From Ophelia neglecta (Eukaryota): a stretch of DNA of 64,000 nt. The notes under the pieces were generated by a model. It was not told the DNA's origin, searched no databases, and worked only from the letters and a program-made list of their open reading frames with translations. Shown one piece after another: positions 28,401-40,400 of this stretch (position 1 is its first letter; every line of letters begins with the position of its first letter). The translations under genes and the position numbers were made by a program. The stretch is taken from assembly GCA_965285935.1 (NCBI GenBank), contig OZ260662.1, positions 70,742,001 through 70,806,000 of the forward strand. Direction: 5' to 3'.

Positions 28401-31400
28401 TGTATGGGGTAAATGATGTTTCCAGCAGTTGTTCAAAATTTCCGTTATTACTAATGCAAATTGCAAAACTTCACTTTAAAGCAGTGCCATGTAAGATGAT
28501 TTTATGTCTTAATGGTAACATTATTATATGTATATGTTGATTTAACCTGCAAGAGACAACACTTTTAGTTATACCATTCTTGGACCTGGCATTTGGCGAG
28601 GTACACTGGCCTAGCAACTTGTTTAGAAAACTTGTATAGAAAAGGCTTTATGTTGCGTTAGACTGTTGTTTGTATATTACACAGCATTCTGTCAAAGCTG
28701 TACATATATGATTTACATATTTATACACTTCATTTGTGCTCACCCAGCCATAATTTTAAAGGTTACTAATTTATTTTGAAGATAAATGTGTGACTTTATG
28801 GTAACACAGTCCAATTATTTGAGTTAACCAAAGTGTGACACAATGTGTTGTGACCCTGCCTTGTTACCTTCAGGATAAATATCATCAATGTGGTGCCAAA
28901 TTCAAAAATGATTAGTGCTACTGTCCTTGTTGTCTTGGCAAGATCGAGCAAAGAATATTTCTGGTCTAATAATTGAAAAAATTGAATACTAAAATACCAT
29001 TGACCCTACTTTACAAGTTTGATGCAAAGTGTGCCATGTTTGACATGCTATAGGGTAGAGATGGGTAATTTTGCTCACTATGTGGATGTTTGACTTGAAG
29101 ACCGTTTAGGATTACTTTATTCCTGTTGAACCAAAATATAACTGTGTTAGACCTGTCCCTATGGTAACTCTCTTCATTATTATCTTCAGAAATATATTCT
29201 AGGTGCATTATTTTATGAGAAATTAATAAATATTTAAAGCCTCAGAAAATGCCTAAGTTTGCTCACTTTTTTCCAATTTTGCTCACCCCCGTTTTCAAGT
29301 TTGCTCACAGAGCAAAATTATGCACATGTTGAGCAAAATAAGACTAATTGGGTTCAAATTTGTTTGGGCAATACAATTAAACTCCTAGTATATGTGATTC
29401 AGAAATAAGACCTGCCTTCAATAATTTAGAATCAAATATATACAATTTATCCTGTGTGACCCAAATTCGTTGAAGGGCTTGCCATGTTTTCATTGTTCTG
29501 CACACACATATTTTCAGCTCACGAGGTGAGCAAATTTAGGCACTTACATTTCACACCATATGGGTGCTGGGCTTCAAAGCTGCTTAGAAGTATTTTATTC
29601 CAGCTGAACCTAAATGAAACTAGGTTAGACCTGTCCCTGATGTCACTCTCTTCACTATGATCCACAGAAATATTTACGAGGTGCATTATTTTATGAAAAA
29701 TTAATAAATCTGTCAGGTCTCTGGAAGTGCCTAAGTTTGCTCAATTCTTCTGATTCGGCTCACCCCTGTTTTCAATTTTGCTCACAAAGCAAAATTATGC
29801 AGTGGTTGAGCAAAATAAGACTACTTAGGTAAAATTTTGGTAATCCATTCAAATTAAACTTATAGTATTTGCACTGTAGAAATAAGACTTACCTCAAATA
29901 ACTTGAAATGTAAGATATAAAATGTATCATGTGTGACAAAATTCATTGAAGAATTAGCCATATTCAAGTCTTCAGCGTACACATATTCCAAACAGAAAAG
30001 GTGAGCAAATTTAGGCATTTCATTTCAAATTATAAGTATGATATTTACATAAAAAAGATATTAGGGCCTAAGTCCTGTTGTAATGAAATAAGTGTTAGGA
30101 TTATTTCAGGAATTTCACTCATGTTATAGATGTACGAACCTATGATTGATTTTAACATTAGTTTCATGTCCCAGTGGGTGGGTTTTATTCTTGCAGTTAA
30201 GAATAGAAATACATTATATTTGGATTCTTTTAACGCTTTGCATAGTTTAGGCCTCCTCGTATCTCCTGTTAGCTTTTGCCTTCGCCCTTTCATCTCCTAA
30301 CTGCCACCATGGCTCGCCTGGGCTTACTGACAGGGGTTATTATATCCGCGAAATGCGGATATTATGGAATCAGTAGCACCGCCGCCGCCGCCGATTTTAG
30401 TCGTTAACGCAATAACTCAAAAGCCATTTCATACATCTTATATGTTAGAAATAGTTAATAATAGTATGTTAGAAACGCATTTTCTGCAATTACACAAAAG
30501 ATATTTAATACATCTTTTTCAAATTTGACGCAGCAATAGACCTTATTGAGAGGAATAAATGGATTCATTCTAGTGAATTTCGGATAAATATTAATTAGGC
30601 AGAACAATTACTTTATTATGTCAAAAACAGATATTCTTTCACATATTCGAAAGTATAGATGATATTGGTTTGAAGTTTTGTGTTATGATTCATGTAATAA
30701 CTATATACAATCTGTGTAATAAGTTTACTAGTTAACTTTATTATTGACCTGAATAAAAATTAGTTTAGGTCGTTTTGCATTATTATTGAGGTCATATGGA
30801 ACCAACTTTATTAATGACTTGCATTGTTATTGAGGTCATATAGAACCAACATCAATCTGGTTAATAAGTTTACTAGTACCGTGTAATAAGTTTAATAGTT
30901 AACTTTATTAATGACCTGAAAAAAAATAGTAAATTAAGGTCGTTTTGCAATATTATTGACGTCATATGGAACCTACTAAAACACGTGTGACAAGTTAACT
31001 AGTTAACTTAATTAATGACCTGAACAAAAATTAGTTAAGGCTGTTATCTTTCCTGCCAACCATAAACTTCTCACTACTCCGCCTTATACCATGTTCACCA
31101 ATCGACTATTGCACGCATTCGCAGATATACCCCTTACTGTCCCCCCCCCCCCCACCCGAAAACTTGGCCTAGTTTCAACGATGTTCTTGACTCGTTCGTT
31201 GTGTGGGCGCATTTTAGGCTCACCTGAAACTATAAAATTTATTATCATAGCCTATGGTACATCATTATAAATGAAAAGTATAACACTGAAAAAAAACTGT
31301 TATACTTCACAACTTTTGCTTTTGAGAGTAAAATCGAAATTCAAGTGCTCACGCCCTGTGAGGACCTATTGTACATTGCTGCATGACAGGAAATTGAGAG

Positions 31401-34400
31401 GGCAGCGAAATAACTTTTTCGCCAAACCGCAAAAATTATGGAACAAATATTAATTGAATTAATTAAAATTAATTGAAATATTTTACACTTGGCCCTCAAA
31501 CTGCACAGTTAATAGTACATAACCCTACCTCTGACTTAGATGTGTGTCGAATTTTGCTCTATATGGGCCTAATTTTGCTTGTGAGCAAAGTTTTTCGCAA
31601 AAACACGCAAATTTGGGCACACCTAGGAGCAGAGCTAAACACACACCCTCCCCATTACTTTTGAAATGTTCTCAATCACTTTCCAACAAACTAGGCATGC
31701 CAAATTGTGCATATGAATAGCTTACAGATTGCTCATTATGCTGCTTTTTACCGCTTTTTGATGCTATATATAGTGGGGGAGCTATAAAGATTCTACACTT
31801 ACTCAAAAAGATTAAATAAATTGGTGAAATTTGCCTGTTTTTCTTGGAGGATTTTGGCAGCGTGTCACACGTGTAAGAATTTTGTCCGATGTAAAAGAAA
31901 CTTGTCCTTTTGCAGTAGTAAGGATGCAGAACTGTTATGCCAACTTGTGAGTCGTTTGGACTAGAAAGACAACAGCTGTAGGGATTCTAAGGTTTTGAGC
32001 AAAATTGGGCACTGAGCAAAATTACCCGTCACTACCCTATGTACATGTACATAGTCCATATACCCAGACAAAAGTATTTATACATTTTTAGATTACATTA
32101 AGTTCATTGTTGTGTATTATGATATTATAAAAGCTAGCTTGGCTGTATCACCACTGGTATAATACAAAATGTTGCTAGTTTCTTCAGTCTAGATTATAGC
32201 TGAGTAAGCAAAGGAGGGCTTACTAAAAATACTCTTGATGGAAATTCATAAAGTATATCATGTGGAGCTGCATTGAAAGCAGGAAAGCTTCTGGAGAACT
32301 CTGCTTTGTTGGGGTTAGCTAACAACACTCAATCCCCATTCAAAGGGCATGTTCTCTCAATAGATTGCTGTGAGGGGCTTCTGAGGCAAGCAAATGCCAT
32401 TTCTCTACTCTTTGAGGATATTGAAAAAGTTATGGCAATTCTTCATCACTTTGAAGATATTTAAAGTATGGCTTATTATTCATGCATAAGCTTGATAAGT
32501 GTCAAATGAAATGCAAAATCCAAGTTAAGTGATAGAAGAAAACATTCTGGTGAAATATCTGTGTATTTCAATGTTCCAGCTTTTAATTAATTTGTAAAAA
32601 ATAAGAAATTGATGTAAAAGAAAGAATTCTTGCATTTTTGCCTTATTTAAAATTTATGCTTTGTTTATATTATATACATTGTACACATAGGAATTTATCT
32701 TGCTCTCTGTTTTCTTATTGGTTGACTTCACCAGAAACCAATTAGTACCAAATAAATATGTTGTCACAGTATTGATTTGCCTTACTGTGAACATTGTCAA
32801 TGTGACTAATAATGCTACATACATCCATGATTATATTGTAGCTAATGATGTGACAGGTAAACTATGCGTAGCACATGCTCTCCTATTCATCTCTAGTGAA
32901 TGGAGTCAGGTTGTTCTAATATGCTGCCTTTGTTTCTGTTTAAAAAGCAGGGGTAGGTTTTAATATAAACCCTACTTGACTGTATTGAATGGCATGAAAG
33001 TTCTCACTGAAATTGTTATTGAAAATCTATGTTTACAGGAGAAAAAATTGTGTAACCTTGACTCCAGTGTGATGTTTCATTGCAGTGAAAGAAAAAAACA
33101 GTTATGTAGGCCATAATATTTAATGTGTTGGTTTACCCAAGCATTTGCAAATTATTTGCAAAAAGGTGTCAGATAAAAAGGAATAAATTTATACGAGGGG
33201 CAAAGGTGAATAACCCTGGTCCAGGAGCTTACCAAATTGCCAGTGAAGCACTTTTAAAACTCAACAAAAGAAATTAAAGAGTCAAGTATAGATTTTCAAA
33301 TCTTTTTGCTATGGAGATGAAAAATAAAAAGGGCAGTTTTCAAATTTATATTTTATTCTAATTTCTAATAAAACAGACCATTGCATTCTTGTAAACCAAT
33401 CAACTAAAACTGATGGTTTTACAGAGATGTGTTTTTGTTTGATTTAATTTTGTTTTAAAATACTAGATCATAAATGTTGTCCCGTGGAGTCAGGCTGGTA
33501 ATAGTTGATAGGGGTGTGTGCCTGCAGGCTCCAGGCAGGACACAAGGACTCTCCAGGGGGGTGGACCTATTTGTAAACCATTAACCTGCCTCTTCAAGGC
33601 AAGGTATTTTTCTTCAAAAAACTGGCTGAATACATTTATATGAAGTGTTTGATAACCCCACTTACCAGCAAGGCATGGGCATGGTAATGATAACTGGTTT
33701 ATAAAACAAGTATATAATATATTAAAGTATGATCATTTTTCATTGCAAGCTGAATAGTCATGATGATGATGTTGATGATGATGTGATGATGGTGATGATG
33801 ATGTGGCTTTATAAAGACAAATAAAGACTTTGTATTGATGGAATAGAGTCTGATGTAATCTGATTATGATTGTGATTACAGTACCATGATTATTAAAAGG
33901 CAGAACCCTCATTAATGAGCATTGCCAGCATGCGTCTTAAGTCCTGTTCTGACAGCAGTAGCTAAGACGCATTAATGTGGGACATGATACAGTACAGGTA
34001 CTCATTGAGCTGAAGGCATGTGGATATTTAGTCGGGTGTAGGCGTGCTGTCAAGACTAACGAAATTACCTGCAATATAAGCAGCCTTATTTTAGACTGAC
34101 ACCAGCAAATGAGGTCAGTAAAGACAGGTTTGGACTGGCTTATATTTGGCCAGTGTTTGCCTACGTGATGTATCCGTCTTTCTCAAATATTATATATACA
34201 TAGGCATGCATAATTTGTTTTGCTAGAGATTTTAAAACCTTGCTGCCTAATCGGCAGCAAGCAGAAAATGTAAAGGTGGGCATCAAAGCTAGTCTAGCAA
34301 GGTAGCAAAAACTAAATGATCAGGAGCTGAAGGCAGATATTGTCAGAGGTGAAGTGCCAATACATAAGCATTTACTGATTAATAAGTGGAAAAACCTAAT

Positions 34401-37400
34401 AATATCTAGTTTCAAGCAAACCAAAAAAAATGATCAGATTTTTATAGCAATCTAATTTCCATTTCTTGGCTGTTGGAGCTGAGATTAATTTAGGTAGAAA
34501 GTAATGATACCAGAACTCTGTATAGGTCCTCAGTCAAGGTCCTCTATCTAGATCTCAAATTCTATAGATTTATTCACAGAAATTTAAACAATAATAAAAT
34601 ACACCTCTTGAATTTGACCTTTTCCTATTTATTAAATCTCAGAAATTTAAACAATAATAAAATACACCTCTTGAATTTGACCTTTTCCTATTTATTTTAT
34701 TTATATCAAATCTGTAACGTCTGGGTATCTTTTTTAAAAGGACTTTATGGGATACCTAAATAATGTGTGTCATTGCTGTGGTGAGAAAGATCTTGGTTGC
34801 TTGATCAGATTAAATTCTTACCCGTTGTGTTTGCACCAGTCTGCGTGTTGCCCTGCAGGTACCATCATGTCCTGGTCTCGGGGGGCTGGTATGGTCATCA
34901 ACACTGGGTTCAGACGTGGTGGGAGGGAGCTGCTACAGGAGTTCAGGTCTATGTACTATTTACCAGGGAATTAAATACACAAAAATCATTTGCACAAATA
35001 TAATATCAAAGCACTTTATTGAGTGTAGAATGATGTTTTTCAGCAGTTTTTTCACTGTTTTGAATATGGATTGAAGTAGATTTGTGTATGGCTATGTGTG
35101 CTCAGTTGCCAATCTACGTGAGAATGCCATCAACTTTACACATGTATATGGCCAGAAATAAACTTGGCTGAAAAAGGCAGCACTTTGAAGGAGGTAGAAA
35201 TGTTATAACATTTTTTGTCTCAACCAGCCCCGGTTAACCAGTAGACATTTTTCTGCCAGATTTGCATGATTTGAGCAATTAATATACCCACCAAAAAAGG
35301 TGGGTACTTTAATAAAGGAGGTCCGATTCATGGTTCTATTGCCTTTATTGTACTTATGCTGCGATGACACCAGCATAGTATTCTTAAGTTTTTATTGCTT
35401 GAAATTGTCTATTTTTTTTAACTTTGTATGATATGATTTATTGGACATTAGGTTTGTCTTTTATAGTACTATAAGTCAAATAGAACCTCGAGTAATTGTG
35501 AGCTTACAGTTATTGGAAATAGCATTATGGGTACATGTACTTGTATTACAATCTAAATGTGTTAATTGGTCTACTTTGTGCCGACTCTGAATAGAGGAGC
35601 CATGAATACATTGATTACTACTTGTCCTAATGCTACAGCCCTGTTGACCAAGCCCTCTATTATTGGTGAATTCAGGAGACCACCTTGTCAATAAATGTCT
35701 TCAGAATACCGCCTTGGGGGCCATATTGATGGGATTGATCTTTGCATTGGAAAGAACCTCTGATTTTCTGTTCTGTGTAGGTGTTCAGGTGGGAGTGTAC
35801 ATGATATTGAATGCTGCCACAAATAGCAGCATATTATTGTGTAAATGGAATGAACCGGCTTACCTACATGGTAGTGAATAACAGAATGAATAAGGGCTTG
35901 TCAAATAAAGGTTGCCGACATGTAACTCTCAGATTATTCCCATACAGTTACATATACATTTAATCTGACTGGAGGTATAAAATAATAGATAACTCTCTGA
36001 AAGGATGAGATTGGCCTTTTCATGTGTGCTTTAGCTATCTTGGATATTCAAAAGCTGACAAATTATTTCTCATAAACTTAATTTTGTTCTTGAAAAATAC
36101 CAAATTGGCACTTTTCCTGTAAAGTTTCTCTTCCATTTTAACAAAATTCAAAATCCTTTTTCATTATACATCAACGTATGAACCTATTTTCCGTCAGATT
36201 TCACTTTAAATTATATTTATATTGATATTATCCTTCCTGTGGATAAATGAGTGTGTGTTAGTATAAAGAAATAATTTCAGGTCCAACTGGAAGTAAGAAT
36301 CAGTGAGTGCTCTTGACACTAACCAGAGATGTGTATACCCAGAGATTGGAATAGAGGCCCTCGGCTGCAAGGATTTAACTGCGGTATTCATATGCTAATA
36401 AGCTGCAAATCAGGTCGCACATGGGCAAAAGCAACCAGACAAGCCAATTACAGATGAGCTTATGGCCTGAATCTCTGAGACTATAGCTGAAGATATCTGT
36501 GGGAAACTAGCAACACCAATGCATGCCCTTAAAGCATTATTTCTACATACCGATTCTCGATACTAAAATATTTAAAATAGTGGAACATCACCTTCTGAGG
36601 TGGTGTAAAATGCCGACTACGCCAATTTATTTCTGTTTGTGTTTGGTGACCGCTGTTCGCTAGGCTTCCTCGATGTGAAAACAGGGGCGGCTCTGGACAA
36701 TTCGTGTCCAGTGTTCTGCGAGAGCTCATGTGGAAATAACCTATTACCATTTGCGCCATGTACAAGGAGAGCACGATTCCAATCTCTGGGTGTATACATC
36801 TCTGCACAAACCAAGGAATCAGTTCTTTGATTTTGTAACATCAGCCAGCACACTTAGATCTACATAATATAACATGGCCTCTTTCTTTTATATCCATCTC
36901 CAGTCCTGTTAAAATCTTTTTAACCATACTAACCTGGTAGCAGTCATCTGCAGCCTTGTTTACACATCTCAAACTAACTGTAAAACAACCCAAATTCTGT
37001 GTTAAGTATAGGTGTATACCCTTTATAGACCCTTTTTCATTGATAATCTTTAATATAAGCCTAATAGTTCTTGATGCATAATGTGGACTGAGCCATTAAA
37101 GATACTGTTTGATGTGTTAAAAATTATTTATAGATTTTCCTATCCTGTGGTCCTCTAGTAACTATTAGTATTAGTATTCTGACTTCTGATTAAGTATTAT
37201 GTTTTCATAATGAAGTGTCAATCTTGACCCTAGATGTTCAAAATAACTTTCATGCTACTACAGTGTATAATCAAACAGTATTTGCAAACAGTCAGACATG
37301 GTTAGGCAAAGCTATTTTGACCTGGGACTCCGTACCAATGCGTGACCCATCTGCACCGAATGTTGCTTGGTGGCAATTCTAATATCCCGCCTTAAACTAA

Positions 37401-40400
37401 TTGAGTTGCCATAGGCTGATGAACAATGGAAATTTGAATTTCTTGCCGGCATGGAAGGAAAACTAGTTTAATTTACATTTTAATTTGCAAATCTGTTTAT
37501 TATCTGCATAATTTCATAATCTTTTTAGGTATGCAATAGACTACCATGTTCACTCCTCAATAGGGTTCAAACCATATCACAGTAGCATTTTAAACCGATG
37601 GACTTACATATTTCTCCAGTTGAAACCCAAATCCTTAAAACCCAATATTAAACCACATCAAAATTTGGCCTTGGTGAACTAACAAACATGTGATATGGTA
37701 AAGATCAAAAGATCTCGGTTTTCCGTTAATCTGCATTTGAGTCCTTTGTTTTCACACTGCCCATTTACACATTTTGTGTGCTGCACCTCCATGATCAATA
37801 GATGTACAGTGTTGGTGGCCTGTGTGCCCTACAAAGACACTTTCACATCAATATATAGTTAAAAAAAGGTAGATGAACGGATCATTAATACTTCAATTGC
37901 CTTTGAAATGTTTCAAAGAAATGCTGTTGAATGACGTTTATCATATATTCCAAGAAGAAAAGCCAAGGCAGTGGTTTGACAGACTATGCATGTATATATG
38001 GAGGCTGGCTTAGCTAGTAAAAGGCATGACAAGGCACCTTCCAAAGAACTCCAACCTCTAATAATCTACCCCAACCACGTACCACTCACTTGGCCTTAAC
38101 CCTTAGTTTCTTTTTTCAACAAAAAACTTTTGAGGTTATTGGCATTCTCGTCAGGGTGCTGGTCATGATGAAGTGTGTGTATTTTGTCTTGATGTTCAAT
38201 ACAATACTTAGGAATTTAGCTTATACATGTCTACTGTACACATTTATGATAAATCCAATTCATTTATAATTTGTCCCTTAAAGCTGTGGCCGAGTAGTTA
38301 GGGTGTCCGCCTCGCAAGTGGGAGATCGGGGTTCGCTTCTCGATCGCGTCAAACCCTGCCAGGCGCCCGGTATTTTGGGGGTAGTATCAGGACTGGTCAA
38401 CCCGGTGTCAGTATAATGTGACTGGGTGGGGTTCTGTCTGGTGTCTAAGGCAGGTACTCCAGTGAGGCAGCACTCTAAAGAGGGCATTGAGGCCACAGTC
38501 ACAAGTAGGCACTGTGGCGATATGACCGATAAGTGTTGAAAGCCATGTAAAACCCCAAACAACACCAACAACAACAACAACCTAAAGCTGCACCTTATTA
38601 GTGTAGCCTACATAACAAGCTCATTATGCAAGGTCAAGACAACACTTATCCATTGTCAATATTAGTAAAATCAGTGCAGTTGGTTTAAGCTAAGTGATAG
38701 TAACATACATGTACTTGTACATCTGGGCATACTGAGTCTTACACTGTATTATTCACTTACAGTAACTATAACAGCCCACGTCAGTGGATGCTAAAGGAAT
38801 AAGTCAACTTTTTATTTAATTGCATACAGGTTTATTACTGGCGTAATATTTTCTTTCAATATTTTCAATAATGTCTTTATTTTATCGTGAAGACCTCTTC
38901 TTCTTCTCCACAAATATGTGTAAAATACATTCATCTTTTTTTCAATTTAATCATTCTATTTTATACTCATAAATATTACCCATGAATGAATATATGTTTC
39001 AAAGTTCATAGACTTCAATAAACTGCCTAGATATGCCCTATCTCTCCCCCCCCCCCCCCGGTAAAAATATTTTGTCAATAGAGTAGTTTAAATATAGTTG
39101 TGCAAAGGCACTATGTGGCAACAGGTGGAGACACTAGCTCAGTCAATTAGGGAAATGAAAACCACAAATGTCTGACACTTACGTCAGATATAAACACAGG
39201 AATGGCAGTTTTCATTAACAACATGGTCAAAATATAAACCAAGAACACTGCACACTGATTTTTGTAAGGTTTTATTAAATAGCTTTACCAATATTCAGCA
39301 AGGAAAAGCCACCTGGTGGCATATGCCATCTTATGCCATCAGGGTACCACCAACCTCTTGTACAGGGGGTCCAAATCATTGGTAAATCACCCTTCTCATG
39401 TTAAATAACAGATGCTGTCGTTTCTTTTTCATGGGTCAGTTTTCCTTAATCTGACAAATATGGTTTATGATGATAGTAGGCAACGGATTAAAAAAGTTTT
39501 TGGGGGCAGGATAAGGGAACGCATATATTATACCCGCGTTGTCTTCATCAAAAGTTTACTAAGTACAGGCTCCAAGTTATAATCTGGTGCTGACACCTGT
39601 AGACAAACTTGTTATAAGAGGGCTGAGGCTACTGCAATGGTTGTAGATTATTTTGGGTAAGATGCATACTTTCTTGCATATATATGAAAATGGTCTGTTT
39701 ATGGATATTTTTGGAGTTTTGGGAAATTTGAGTTTCTGTCTGGGGTGTATCCTTAATATATATAATGAATGACATGCTGATTATACATGGTGTAAATAAA
39801 GGTAGTTAATTCATGAAGGTTATTCATTAATCTAGTTTATAGTCTACCCTAATCTTTTTATTAATATGAAATAATATAATTTATTATTATGAAATAATAT
39901 AATAAGTTGAAATTGAAACAAACAGTTTTTACAGTTAAGCAATGAATGGCCTTTATTGTTAGATGTATGTATTTTATTGCCTCCAATGGGGAATTGTAAT
40001 AGTGGTATATAGCCTCCAGTCCATGATCTGCTAAGCACTACTTCATACATATTCTGGGTTACAAATAAACATGATACTACTTTTTTTGCATTTGGTTCTT
40101 AAATTGCTAAAGCAAAGAACAACTCTCCATTTGTGTGCTCCTAAAAGCTAGGGTGCAGGATTGATAAAAGAATTAAGGGACCCATCATCGTCAGTGGACA
40201 CTCAATGTGACTAAGAGTAATTGGGTCCATTATTCAGTCATTTCTTCAAGGTTACAGAAAGGATGAAAACGATCAGGCTTGATTTACTGCCTAGGTCATT
40301 TTGATCCATTTTTGCACCATGGAACTACAGCTAGATAATGTACCATAAATGATTTAAATCTTNNNNNNNNNNNNNNNNNNNNNNNNNNNNNNNNNNNNNN

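Noticed and set aside
38287-38350. tRNA gene
   Set aside because: The acceptor stem is incomplete and the B box is degenerate. It continues into a SINE body with a tail and TSD.
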